NCBI GenBank assembly: GCA_964247055.1
Contig: OZ176051.1
Location: 6,262,001-6,326,000, forward strand
Source of the DNA: Paragordius varius
Lineage: Eukaryota > Animalia > Nematomorpha
Direction: 5' to 3'
Length of the DNA stretch: 64,000 bases
Shown piece by piece: positions 1 to 31,229 of this stretch. The notes below the pieces were generated by a model. It was given only the letters and a program-made list of their open reading frames with translations. It was not told where the DNA came from and did no database searches. Numbering within the stretch: the stretch's first letter is position 1; each line of letters begins with the position of its first letter. Both the position numbers and the translations under genes were made by a program.

Positions 1-1715
1 GAGGTTTATATATTATATAAATTATTACACATTTTTTTAATGAAGGGCCCAATTTGGGTCAATTTTCACATAATTTATTGCGCACGCATCCATTATATTG
101 TTCTCTGAATCGTATAACGAAATAAAAAAAGATAATTTTGTTCAGATAGGATATTTTATTGATTTATGAAAAGTTCTAACTTTTTTATTAAATCCTAATC
201 AATAAAAAATTTTTTTTAAACATCATGAACTATGTACATTTTAGCAAAAAAAAGATCAGAATTTACGAATTTGGTTTTCTCTCTCTATAGTTTCCAAAAA
301 AAACAATTATTGTGCTTCATGCTTTTATCATTACGGAAGAATTTATTCTATTATATAAGCTAAAATATTTTTAGAGAATATAATAATATATATTGATTTT
401 TAACATTTTTTGTAAGGCTGTATTTATAAATACCACACGCATAAAATAAGGCGACACATACGGAAAGCAGTTAGTTATCTTTTTATATCTGTAAAATTCT
501 TTATTTAGCCAATAAAAAAGAAATATTTTTTTTCCTAAAATTGCTATAAAACAGTACTGGAAAATATATATTTGTTAGTTGAAATAATTAGACATTAATA
601 ATTTTATGATTTTTGCAAGTCAGTAAACTTTTTTGTGCGACAATGTACTCACTAAAGTATAAAATATAAAAATACGGTTAAATATATAAATATTTAAATA
701 ATTATACCCAAAAAATATTTATTATATTTTGCTATTTTTTTTAAAAAATTTTCTGGCTGGTTTTGCTATTAAAAAATGCGCACACACATGCTAAAATTTG
801 TACTTATCGAGGCATCTATTATTATTATTATCCACACACGCCATCCATCCCTCCAATTTTTTATTTCAAATATTATTTTGTTTTTTAAATATATAAAAGA
901 TATGAAATATAATTAATTTTAAACAAAATATAAAATAAAATTATGATATGGATAGATAAAGACGTTAAAAAAAGATTTTTATTTCGCCATAACATTTGTG
1001 AATATTTGTGACAATTTTTAGCAAGTAGGGTACACACAAAAATAGTCGGGAAAATTCATGGGTAATAAATAAAATTTTAATTGCAGTTTGATAAACGAAG
1101 AAGACATCCACAGATAATAAATTATTCGTTAGAAATATTATTTATGTTGTTTGTTTTTTGGGTTCCTCTTAATTCAATAAATTTCCAGGAGTTTCTAACA
1201 ATATATCTGATGTATTTTATAAATTGGTTTTAGTTTAATGTGTTTTTTTCGCAGAAAACCGTTTAGGGCCTTTATTCGGCTGTATGTAAATGGTAATCGA
1301 ATTTTAAGGACCGCTAATTTTAATCGTAATATTGTTTGTTAAATTCGATCTTACAGATCATTGCCGGTTTTTGTGATTTTAGTTATATCGGATTAACTAT
1401 AATTGGAAAGAAACCATATTATACGTTCTTTCTTTCAGCAGTTATTTTGAGTATAAAGTTGACTCAAAAGAGGATAATTAAAAAGGACTGTTGACTGTAT
1501 CTTTGAAATTATCAATTTTGTTTAGTAAAACAGAAGCATTCGCACTAAAATTCTATACATGTTGCGCAAACCACTATATTAATTTTTATCAAAATCCTTA
1601 GTGCAAGAATTGGTTTGTCTAACTTACAGTCATGTCCTCATATAAATTAATATATTGATTTGTTGATTAAAAATGTTTTTATGTAATAAAAAAATATATA
1701 TATATATATATATAG

Positions 1716-19563
<17,848 letters not shown>

Positions 19564-20199
19564 TTTGCGATATATTCTCGTTCCAAGGTTAAAGAAAGCG
19601 TTTTAAAATGGACATTCATTGCAGATTTCATTGGCAATGATGCATGCATTTAAATTTTTATTCTTCTAATGGGCTTCCACCACCAAACACCTTTTTTATA
19701 CATTCTTTTGAAGTTGCCGACAAACAAATACCTTAGTATATAATGACACGTTTGCAAAAAAAATTTAAAAGACCATTTTTTGACAAATGAGATGTTGTTT
19801 GTGTGATTCATCATGCATTTAACCTGGATTTTTTAGATTAACCAACCAAAACCACATACATAATTCCTTTATCAGTGTGATATATTAATTTTTAATTTTG
19901 CCAAGATTCTCAAATAACAAACATATTGACAAACAAAAATATGCGTCTTCTCATTTTTTATCTTTATTTATTAAAGTTAGGTATTGTAAATATATTTGCG
20001 TTAACTCTCGTATTATGGAATCCTGCTTCATTGACATTGATAGATATTACAATAAAATCCATGAGTTTTTTCATTAATTCGTTTTTATACTCAAATATGT
20101 ATATTAGCCGTGCCTTTTTTATATAGTTTTTTATATATTCATATGGTATGTATGTATTAAACATTATAGCAACTATATATATACATTACATCTAATATC

Positions 20200-22140
20200 A
20201 AACAAATGTCATAATTTTAACTGTTAATCGAACAAACAAAAATAAATATTTATTCATATTTATATCATGTTTTTGGCGATAATAATTGGAATATCTATCA
20301 GCTGTCATTAAATATTACCCTTCAAATGCTTTCTTTGGTCAAAATAGCGACACAATTTTAACAAGATAAAATTACTTTTTTATTTGTCAAGCTAAAAATT
20401 GGTAAAAATAAAAAGATGTTAGATCCTTGTAATTGACCTGACGGTATATTTCAAAAAATCGTGATTTTGTCAATCATCTCAGTGATGTCTCTATAAATCC
20501 TGAATTTTAACATAATAAATAATATTCTCACCGGGACTTCCAATCTGCTAATAAAAAATTTTACTATACCCAGGTCAAATCAATCAAGATATTAAAAAAA
20601 TTAGCTAAAAACTCTTCTCCCTCATATTCAAATTTTATAGACCTTGACATTATATAGAATGGATATATTGGTGTACATATTTGGTCGTCCTGGAAATCTT
20701 TCTCAAAATTAATGGATGATTTATAACCAAATACTTCTGAACTTTATTTACAATAGTCGCATTTTCCTCAAAATCCTATAACCTGTAACCATATTTTTTT
20801 AATTTTTATCAATTGAAAGTATATATAAAAAAATGTATTTTAAGATTTATGCCAATTATAAATTATGAAACTACATCCTAATGGTGCCGAATAATATTAG
20901 AATATAGTCTATCTACTATTGTAATTTGATCATGTTTTAGGATATTTCATACGAAGGCGCATTTTATTTGATCTGTCATGCCTTTAATAAGTAATATGGT
21001 ATATGGCCTGATAATTTGCTAAATCCCTTTATATTTAATGTGATGTTGCGATTTCTAAGTTTTTATTATTTTTCACCATATTATATCCATAAATGCCCTT
21101 AAATTTTTCCACAAGATAAAATGTTGAGTAATTATTTTCATATCATTAAAAATTGCTATCGCGATATGTAAGTTTTTTGCATTTATTAAGGAAACCCAGT
21201 TGAGATGCATCAAAAATTTTAAACTGAGTGCGCGCATCTAAAATCAATATTTAAATATATTTTATAGGTTTACATATTCGGTATGAGGATTTTAGCTTTC
21301 ACCAAATTAAATAATAGAATATGGACTAATTTTTCGATATGAAGCAATCACCACAAAAATGGTAAAACCTTTTTAACTCGTAATCCCATGAAACTAAAAG
21401 TTTCATATGAGAATCCTGACGCATCTATCAGAGTATATAAAATATTTTTTGATCTTTAATATTTTGCAGGGAATTTTGATGAGTTTTGTAAACAGCAGAG
21501 CCCACATCATGTTAAATACCATAATAGGCTTACTTAAAGTTTATATCTAAAGGAACTATGCTTAATAAATATTTATTATAATCTAGCCAATATATAGCGA
21601 AATACAGCTCTTTTTGCTTTGAGCAAGCTATTACGTTTAGGTTTACAGTTGTGAGACTTTCGGACCTTACATATTAAATAATATTAATGTTTTGCTTTTC
21701 AATTCTATGAAATATTTTGGTAAATTTGGATTAAAGCATTTAGTTTTTCCAAATACGAAAATTGTGCGCTAATTTCGGAATTTAAGTTGTTTGTAAAATA
21801 ACTATAAAAATGGAATACTATAACTCGTAAGGAATATTCTACACCATTGAAATATATATTTTTCACAATTTTTTTGCCCGATTTTGATTTTGTAATTTTC
21901 GAATATCCTGGAGCAATTATCATAAAAGTGGCATTTATTTCCTTTACTTTAATAGTTTTATGACCCAGAGCGTTTATAATTTTAATGCATTATAATGTTA
22001 TTAGGCCAACTTTTAAAAAATGCATTCGTGAACCATTTTACTACATGATAAAATAAAATTTAAAAAATGGAAACCTTTCTCAAACTTTTCGCCACCATTT
22101 GTTTCTTTGGATTTTTCTAAATCGCTTATAAATGTATTAC
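20200..22140 (-). pseudogene. Possible unidentified or decayed multi-exon gene with micro-intron-like gaps
   Basis: Coding-like, GC-richer patches on the minus strand separated by AT-only GT..AG segments (22 nt 20548-20569; 32 nt 20500-20531; 34-36 nt upstream). I could not build a stop-free model or recognise a family. Confidence 0.25.
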
Positions 22141-22177
22141 AAATGTAAAATTAATTTAGAATCTTATAAATTTAAAT

Positions 22178-22719
22178 TTAATACTTTGATTTAAATTAGG
22201 GTAGTTGGAAACCCCAAACCTGTATAAAATTAGATATTTCAAAAAATATGGAAGGAATCAAAACCATGACAAAAATTTGCACATTTATAACATTAATGAA
22301 CCGAAACTTATAAAAAATTTTCATTCAAAAATACTTGATATGACTTATTTTTGGGTAAAACCTCAAGGTAAAAATTTAGCCAGCATGACATGTGTGCATA
22401 AGCTTTTAAAATACAAAATAAACCACTTTTTCTGTTTCTTTCAAAGTTAGATGTAATTTAAATGAAAAATTAGCTTTCATTTTAGCTATAAAATCAAATG
22501 AACACGATATTTTGCAAAAATGTTGTAAAATAAAAATGGCGTCGAAATAGTTTGTATGGAAGTTTTTCCAACAAAATTTTATTTATATATTTCGGCTTAT
22601 TTATATAATTCATATTAGGATAGAATAAATTTAAATTGGGCATTCACTAGTTTTTTAAAAATTTCAACTTAAATATAGTCTGGGGTATTTAGATACCCCA
22701 ATTTGAATCCAAGTGCTAA
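22178..22719 (+). mobile_element. TTAA-flanked MITE family 1, copy A
   Basis: Imperfect ~40-bp TIRs (ttaatactttgatttaaattagggtagttggaaacccca ... tggggtatttagataccccaatttgaatccaagtgctaa); interior homologous to copies at 36264, 36970 and 62197. Confidence 0.8.
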
Positions 22720-23346
22720 AGGATTCTTTTCTATATGGTTCGGCAATGTTATTTATGTGTATACTTTTGAGATTTTTGAAATTTTTTCAATATTTTTTTA
22801 TATATTTAATTTGAAGGTACGAGGTCACTAGTTAGACCAATTTGAACCAAATGACTAAATTAAATTTGTATCTAAATATTAAGCAGCAAATTTTGATAAT
22901 ATTTAAACAAGCTTTTTTCTATCCAATTTTTATACTCTACAAGCTGAGAAACTGTAAAAATCGCAAACTCTTTATACGGGATAATAATGTTTGATAATTG
23001 TTTCAACCGACTTTCAACATTGGCGTATTTCCAATTAGTTCTGGGAATCAAAGTTCCCAAAAAGTTGTAAAAAACATAAAGATAAAGTTTTACTGACTTT
23101 TTAGGTTTACAAAAATACTGAAGGGTTTTTTTTAATTCCACTCCATTAGAAAAAATCCAAATTTAATTTTAGAATATATTTATATCCATGCTATTGTAAT
23201 TTAAAAGTCATTATCTTACTTATTTATTTTATAATTTTTCTATATATTTGTATATGCAGTTTCTCACAAAAATTATATAGTTATTTGCGATTTGCGATCA
23301 TACTCAATCCCACAGCACTCATCAAGCTGCGTGTTAAATATTCGGC

Positions 23347-26300
23347 ATGGGTTTACGGGACAAACAAATAAGTTCGTATATTTTAACGTATAGATGCCTT
23401 GAAAAATATGTTTAATTTTAACCAAGTCACAAAAGATGATGAAATTAATTGGAAGGTAGTTAATAATAAAATTCATTAGATTTTAATCTATGATCAAATT
23501 GGTTATGATATAATATCGCCACATTTTACCATAAAAGAGTTGAGAGATTATGGTATAACCCTTAATTTGTACGTCAATTATTGATAAAAATTAGGCATCT
23601 GAATTCTCAAAGAGATCCTATACCTGATGCACCCGCAATATATTTTGTATATCCCTCATTAGAAAATATAGAAAAGATTGGCAAAGTATCTCTTGTTTAT
23701 ATAAAATATATTTTAATTTATATTCTCATGATATGATTTTTTGTTTTAAAGGATTGTTCGGAACAATTATATGAGAAATTTTATCTAAATTTTATATCAC
23801 CCTTATCACGACACAATATGGATATACTAGCAGCCATATGCGTAAAAAATATGTGTCCCAATATAATTGCTAAAGTAACCTGTTATGATTATAATATAAG
23901 ATATATGATCAATATTTGAATTACATTACTCTGGAAGATTACATGGTTCTACTAAATCATCCCCTTAACAACGATAAAAAGTTGTATTCATTTTATGGTA
24001 AGCATATAATTTTGACTCTACATAATTTTACTTTTTAAGCTTTTTCTTTAATTATTGTTTTAATTAATCTATAAAAATATTTTAATTTTATTGTAACAAA
24101 CTATTATATCATCATTATCACAAAGGGTAGGACTCGGAATTCGGAGTTTTCGTAACACGAAGTAATTCAGATTCATAATATTTATACTTCATGGTAATCT
24201 GAGGCGATTTTTTTTGGAATACATGCCCTTGTGTATAAACAATGTTTTACAGATCATTAGAAATTGGACTTTGCCGTTATAGCGCATTTTCACGCCTCAG
24301 CAAACATCGCGGGGAGGTGTCAATAGGCTTATGATATTATCAAACTAAATATAGTTGTTTTATATTTTAACAGAATTCAATTCAAAACGGGTTGAAGATG
24401 CATTGGTGGAAAAAAAGATCGATGCTTTAGTCGATAAATTATTTTGTGTCTTTACTACGATCGGTAATTTTTAATTTAATTTTATTATCATTTTTTTTAT
24501 TAATTTTATATAATACAAATTTAATAATTATTATATTTATATTTAATTGCATTGCATTGCAAGTACAAATCCCAATCATATTTTATCCATCTACCACAAA
24601 TGCGGCAAAATTAATTGGCGAAAAACTACATAAAAAGATTCAAGACAATTTGAAAGATCCCAAAAATAATTTGTTCATAGCTTCAAACACATCCATGTTT
24701 TCCATGCAAAATGGAATGGATTCTGCCCATGGGTTAATTAATAATCGATATGTAGTTTTAAACGTTGAATTACAGCTTTTTAATTTTTTTTAGTTTATTA
24801 TCGTTTTAAATTTTAGTTTTTTTAGTTATAAAACCGAATTAATTCATACAACTATTTTTTATTTTAGTTTTGATTCTCGGTGCTGTTTAATAATGGTAGA
24901 TCGAACTTTTGATTTGGTGACACCGTTAGCCCATACATGGACTTATCAAGCTTTGTGTCAAGACTTATTTGTATAAATATATTTTACACATTTAAACATA
25001 AAACATTTTTTTTCAATTCTATTATATTTTTGTGATATAAATTTCTTAGAAATACGATTTAAATAAAATTGGTTTGGCGGAACATGGTATAAACAAAACA
25101 TATGATCTAAATTATGACAAAGACAAATTTTGGAAGGATCATAAAGGAAGGTATTTGACAAATAAATAATTTTATATTTAATTGTTTATATTTTTATGCA
25201 TTTTGTTGAATGATGGGTAAAATTTATATTTTCATGAGACAGAAATAATTAGGGACATCTATTTAGGGCTATATTGCATAGTTTCGATATCTCTAGAAGT
25301 TAATTTAATGTTAATCCAAAAGAATAATCTTATATATATATAAATATATGTATATTAATAAGTTTATCTGACCCATGTCTTCTTTCTTTCAAGTAATGCA
25401 TTTTTTACGGCCGGTTTTATATATATTTTTATATTTAATATGCAAAAAATTATATAACCTTCTTTATATATACGTATATATATATATTAGTCCATTCCCT
25501 TCGGTGGCTGAAGCCATACAAAATGAATTGGAACATTACAAATCACGAGAGGGTGAAATCCGCCGCCTAAAACAAAATATGGGGGCTGGCGAGTTGGGAT
25601 CATCCACATTATCTAATGGGGTCGGAGGAGAATCTGAAGCTCTTATGGATATTTTGTCGGGCAATACTAATGCCCTAACTAATGTAGTCAAGTAATTGCC
25701 TTATTTTATATGCATTTTATCGTACTTTTTGTTTGAATTTCTTTGTGTTTAAACGCTAGTATTATTCATAATACCTTGATTGTAATGTTTTATGACCCTT
25801 TAACAGGGCAATGATGCCTTAACTAATCTAGTAGATTAGATATATCAGTTTTTTTAGTTTTTAATTTTTTGATTTTTCTAAAATATAGTCATTTTTTGGA
25901 ATGCCTAACACTCCATTACCCCTTGGGTTAGTTATATATCAGAGCGATTTAGAATTTGAATATCTTAAAAATTACCTAATGTTAAGCCTAAATCCAAATT
26001 ATTAAGCGCCTTATACGATTTTTTTAAAAAAAGGAAAATTGTGAAAAAATTCTTATCTCAATTGGCCTTTTTTCCATAGAGTTCATTGAAAAGATTATCC
26101 CAAAAGGAACGTTGTAGTTGTTTTCTACATAAGATTCTATTATGAGTTAAGTCTATTATATCTAATTTATGTTGAACTAGGTCCTCTTAAATTGTTTGCA
26201 AGTCTATAATTTTTTTTAAATCACTAATGCAACAAGCAAATGGTATATGGTTAGAAAATGTAAATAATTGACTTTAAAAAGCTTTCAGGCTACATTTTAC

Positions 26301-29300
26301 CAGCAAAAACTTGATATATTTTGATTTTAACATCAGCTGTTTGTTCCGATCGTGTTTTGAAGCTGTCCCAATTTTAGACTCTAGAAGTCGCAAAGCTTTT
26401 TTATAATTAAATTTCAACTAAAATAACTTTTAAAACTGTTGTTTATTTACAAAATTGATCTCTGGGATATAAAATTACCCCAAAAGGTTAAGGACAAAAA
26501 AGTGAAAAGGTAATGCAGTTTTTTAATATGTAATAAATATAAATGTCTTTTCCTATTATTACTGCAAAATAACTCATTTTCCCTTTAATAGATAAAATAT
26601 CAATGTATAGATACGATATGTAAAAATTAAAAATTATATGTAAAGCGTAAAAATTAAATGACAACCCATACAAAAAAACAATATTTTTTTATATTTGTAT
26701 TTAAAAGATTACATTTACATATTGAAGTTAATTTACACCAAGTCTCTAAAACAAAATGCTATATTATAAAAACAAAGTTTAAAAAACAATTACCATTGAA
26801 AAATAGCTTTTTTATGTTTTGCTTTATTAATGTCAAATGTAAATGAAATATTGATTATATTAATATATTTTATGTAAAGTTCGTTACCACAATTGCTTGA
26901 AACTAAAAAATATTTGGATTGTCACACAAATATTGCGACAGAAATTTTGGACCGGATCAAAAAACGGCATTTGGATCAATACTTTGAATTGGAAGAAAAA
27001 ATATTGGCAAAAGCATCGTATTTGGTAAAAAATATTTATTTTAAATAATTTTTATTGTATATATATGCACATAGATAAAATTTAATGTATATTTTGCCTA
27101 TTCATTTTTACAACTGTTAAATATGATTCACTCGTACATTGTTTTAGGTATTTACGATTAAAATTAATGCAATCATTTAGATCTAGCCACTTAACATAAC
27201 GTTTAAAATAACATATTTAACTTTTTTTTCACACAAAAAATAATTTGCATATATTTATGCCAAACAATTAAAATTTGCCAGTTTTTTATTTAAATATCTC
27301 TTATTTTATGCGGTTTTTTCACGCATTGATGTTTGATTGTATAAAATATGTTTTTTTTGTTTTTAATCATTCCTTGATTTTGTTTTAGGATCCCGATCTT
27401 TTTGCCTTTATAAGCGACCCGTCCAAGGGTACATTGAAAGATAAATTTCGCCTATTTTTGTTGTCCTACATGTGCAATTACATTCCAAAAGTAAGTTGTT
27501 TGTAGCGATTTATGATAAATATTAAATTTGTAAACTCTATTTAACTTTTTATATTAGCATGAACTTTCAAAATTTCTCAGTGTATTCCGACAATATGGGT
27601 CAGATGGCGGGAGTGCGGATGCCGAAATTATAGCAAATATTGATAATATCGTTAAATTCGTTGACTATATAAGGTTATTGATTATATAATTATTATTTAA
27701 CAGATGAATTAGATTAGATCGTTTTTTAGATTTAAGGTTGATTGATTCAAATAGCTATCAGTTTATATATTTTTCGCTAAATTTTGTTGAAAAAATTTTT
27801 TCGTTTCTATTTGGAGTTTTCTCAAATTTTATTCTATAAAAACTTATTTGCCTAAAAATTTTTTGTTAAATATAGAAACATTAATCAATCAGATTCTTTG
27901 GATAGTTTAAGCAACATGAGTAATACATCAACAGCCATGTCTAATGCATTTACCCCAACCGAAGGTTTTGCCAAAAAAATTGCAATGTTTGGAAAATTAA
28001 TGTCCCAAGGGAGTCAATTTGTTATGGAAGGTGTCGCAAATTTCGTTGTTAAACAACACGTAAAAACTTTTTACTAAGATTTTATTTTGGGAAATTATTG
28101 TTATAAAATTATTTTTTGGAATTTTTTAATTATAATTATTATAACTAGTATCATTTCAATAATTATTTGATATAATATATATTTGGCCTTTCTTTTTAAA
28201 ATAAACACAAAATATATTATAATAAACAGTTAAAAAATTTAAGAATTTTAAAAGAATTTTAATTTTTATATATTGCATTACAATATTCTGAATAATATTT
28301 TACTATTTGCTTTTAAATGGTTTATAAATTGATTTATCCAAATATATTCATTTATAATGCAAAAATTGTTTACATTTCTATTTTATTACGATTTCAAAGA
28401 AAGTTATTACCATTAGACAAATGATTTACATCGCAGTAATTAAACAATAGAATCCCAATATCAATTGGGCCAAATTATATACCTTATATCTTAATCATTA
28501 CATAGTTTTTTTTTCATTGCACATATACCATTTACAATTCAAATTCATCCTCAAATAAATTATATGTTTTTTAAGATTAAAAATTACCTATAATTATATA
28601 TATTTTTAAAATAAAATTTAAATTTAAATAATACTCAAAAAATAATAAACTATGCCACAAAGATATATTTTATATTAATATTGAGTTATACTAGTTCGAA
28701 AACACATAATTTATTTTTAGGGTGAATTTAACTTATTCAAGGGTGAATTTGAACTGTAAATGGTATATCATATATACATACAGAAATTACCATTGACCAA
28801 ATTAGTGGATAAATTGACTGAGAAACCAAGCACTCTAGCAAATACTGCTTCAAACCTTAACCTACAATCTTTAGCTGGTAGTGCAGGGGCTATGTTACAA
28901 AATCAATTTAGCGGTGGAGATAAGCAACGAGATGGATATGGTATTACAAATGCTAAGAGTGGAAATAAATCCAAATTAATTGAATCAACATACATGTGTC
29001 ATGATCCTAAACTTCTCAAACAAACCGCACCCACTTCGATTGAGTATGCCCTTTTTTATGTTTTTCAATTTCGTTTAGTCAAAAAATACCATATATATTG
29101 AATGATACCGTTGGTAATTAATGTAACCCTTAAAAATTATCATTGTATTTTTAAAACGTTTTTTACAAATATATTTGTGTTTTGTGGAAATCGTTATAAT
29201 TTTACGATTCGTCAACAATTAATTTAAATGTAAATTTTGCTTGTATATTAAATTTTTACTATATTCCTAAAGCTTATCCAAAACTAATCCAAATATTACA

Positions 29301-29616
29301 CCCTATAACAATGTATATGTATGCGTTATTGGTGGTGGTACAATGATGGAATTTCAAAATTTAATGGATTATGCCAAAGTTTTTTTTTCATTATTTTTTG
29401 AAATTATCTTCTAAATTTTAAAATGCATTTTTCTTTCAAATCTTTTGTAAAAACTATTTTACATTGAAATATATTTTATTTCTAGTTGAAAATGAATAAA
29501 CAAATATATTACCTGTCATCCGAATTCATGAGTCCTGATTTGTTCGTCGATCAAGTAAATAACTATATTTTAATTAATTTTAGATATCAATGCTTGCCCA
29601 AGAATATTCTACATAA
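23347..29616 (+). CDS. SCFD1: Sec1/Munc18-family protein SCFD1 (Sly1), 19 exons, about 721 aa
   Basis: Exons: 23347-23371, 23394-23455, 23480-23568, 23595-23685, 23752-23874, 23901-23997, 24374-24463, 24564-24732, 24868-24970, 25050-25150, 25491-25691, 26880-27024, 27389-27490, 27558-27673, 27876-28059, 28784-29043, 29273-29378, 29486-29554, 29584-29616 (2166 nt). Motifs: MGLRDKQINALKNMFNFN, WKILIYDQIG, RDPIPDAPAIYFV, YDQYLNYITLED, DRTFDLVTPLAHTWTYQAL, DKFWKDHKGSPFPSVAE, HTNIAT, GSQFVMEGV, VIGGGTMMEFQNL. Confidence 0.95.
23372..23393 (+). other. 22-nt GT-AG micro-intron (SCFD1 intron 1)
   Basis: gttcgtatattttaacgtatag; removal joins MGLRDKQI|NALKNMFNFN; retention shifts frame to a TAA. Confidence 0.85.
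23456..23479 (+). other. 24-nt GT-AG micro-intron (SCFD1 intron 2)
   Basis: gtagttaataataaaattcattag; its terminal TAG is an in-frame stop; removal gives NWK|ILIYD. Confidence 0.9.
23569..23594 (+). other. 26-nt GT-AG micro-intron (SCFD1 intron 3)
   Basis: gtacgtcaattattgataaaaattag; removal gives GITLNL|HLNSQRDPIPD, colinear with Sly1 GITLHLLLHSDRDPIPD. Confidence 0.9.
23875..23900 (+). other. 26-nt GT-AG micro-intron (SCFD1 intron 5)
   Basis: gtaacctgttatgattataatataag; removal gives IAK|IYDQYLNYITLED. Confidence 0.9.
25790..26490. mobile_element. Interspersed repeat family 6 (second copy inverted at about 34500-35110)
   Basis: caggctacatttt..atcagctg..tgaagctgtc and aaatcgctc..aaccc(a)aagg blocks recur in reverse complement at 34.7-35.1 kb; ends in ggttaa. 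Boundaries are approximate. Confidence 0.55.
28523..28768. mobile_element. MITE family 3 copy in SCFD1 intron
   Basis: atataccatttacaattcaaattcatcc ... gggtgaatttgaactgtaaatggtatat. Confidence 0.78.
29555..29583 (+). other. 29-nt GT-AG micro-intron (SCFD1 last intron)
   Basis: gtaaataactatattttaattaattttag; removal gives FVDQ|ISMLAQEYST*, matching the Sly1 C-terminal pattern (FIKQLSQLGQ). Confidence 0.75.
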
Positions 29617-31229
29617 TTTTATTATTGAAAAGAAAAAAAAGCTTCATAATTTAAATTATTTTATTTATATGGTTAATAAATGTATAGGATAAATATGGAT
29701 TATTAAATATCTATCGTTTTTAACATGCTTTCTTTGTTATTAACATTAACTTTTTCAAAATATATTTTCTGAGACTTTTTTTTATTGTTAAAGTGTCATT
29801 ATTCTTGGGTCATCTGTTTTTGTTAAGTTAATTTGGCGGGTTTTTTATTTTTGGGTCGGTTATGTTAAAATGTGCTATTTCTTGCACCCAATTGTTTAAA
29901 TGAATTCATGTGCCGAATTTATTTGTAATAGCGTAAGCGTTGCTGATTTAACATAGTGATGGGTTTAAATTGTTTGATTATATTAACTATTAGTGTTTAA
30001 ATTTGTATCATATAATTTTCAGCTTGTATGAGCTTATCATAATCTATTACTCTTCAGGCTCAAATTTGCATTTATAATGGCCTGCTTTATCGATTTCGCA
30101 ATTTTAAATTTTATTGCTTGGTTTACTAATTTTATTAGCAATAATATATTTAGATGACTCTTGCTTTACATGTAAAAATTTATTTCTACTTAAATTTATA
30201 AATACCTGAGAATTTAGAGTTAATTTTATAATTGTTTGCTGTTTACAAAGACACCAATTTATATATATACCTTTTTGAAGGGATGCCTGAGATGCGAAAA
30301 CCCCTTTAAATGTAATGTGTTTTAAATGACATGCATGTTCGAAATAATATCTTTCCAGGAGACAATAACTCAAACTATATATATACTTGTTATTGCTTAT
30401 GAGAAGAATTATCATTTTGCCACTTTTATTATTTTACCTCTATAATATAATTTTTTAATGTTTTTCGGGTTTCTTTCGATAGGTACATACTATGATATGT
30501 AATATAAGTTCCTTTTTATTATCATATTAACCTAAAAAATAAAATCACTTTAATTTTAGTCACTCATGACTATACCTGTAAAAACCTAGCAGTTAGAAGT
30601 TCATTTTACCAATAACTAATTCAAAATCTCAAATTTTATATATTAGCCTCAAAGACTGTGAAAATAAATTGTTGTAAGATAATATAAGTCAGTGTGCGAT
30701 TGTTTAGTAATGAAATCGGAAACGAAACGATAGACCTGAGTGGCTTTATGCCCTTATATCAAATCATTATGCCGTGGATAATGTTATGACGCTTCGATAA
30801 TTATGGCGGTAAAGGGGTTTGTTACCTAGCCTCCTAATCGGTAATATCATTGTCTGATTGTGTGGGGAAGGCTGGTTTACTTTGGATAAGGATTTGGAAG
30901 TATATTAGTACTATTATTTGAGTTTTTTAAAAAATGTGTGCCGAAAAACTTACATTTTGGTTTATGCGTAAACTAAGTTTTAAACATCTAAATATATCTA
31001 TCTAACACTATACCGTAATTATGTTTTTATACCAATAAACAATTGTTTTTTCACAATTAATTAGTAGTGGGTACTTTCAATTAAACATATGAGGTTATAG
31101 AAATGAGCATCATCGAGATAAATTTATCAGAATTTTCATGTAGCGTTAGGTTTTGGGGCTTACGAGTCTATTGCGCTTTTATAGCTCGTTATAAAGCAAA
31201 ACTCACACATTATGCTTACACTGCATCAT

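Noticed and set aside
1-1715. First msn coding exon (Gly-rich loop GxGTYG)
   Set aside because: Not found in any frame; it presumably lies upstream of the window.
23003-23045. Minus-strand ELIGNTPMLKV resembling the cysteine synthase/CBS N-terminus
   Set aside because: Bounded by stops, with no downstream PLP-lysine motif; probably chance.
22872-23141. 89-aa minus-strand ORF upstream of SCFD1 as a divergent gene
   Set aside because: No ATG in frame, no recognisable family, and no splice chain could be built; it could at most belong to the cryptic 20-22 kb region.
23290-23304. atttgcgatcatact repeated exactly at 52277-52291
   Set aside because: Only two copies, in unrelated contexts (promoter versus 3' region); compatible with chance in 64 kb.
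23686-23751. gtatct donor as a U12-type intron
   Set aside because: Does not match GTATCCTT and has no TCCTTAAC branch site; treated as U2-type.
30650-30900. GC-richer patch as a possible ncRNA
   Set aside because: No tRNA, snRNA, SRP or RNase P motifs recognised; a covariance-model search would be needed.
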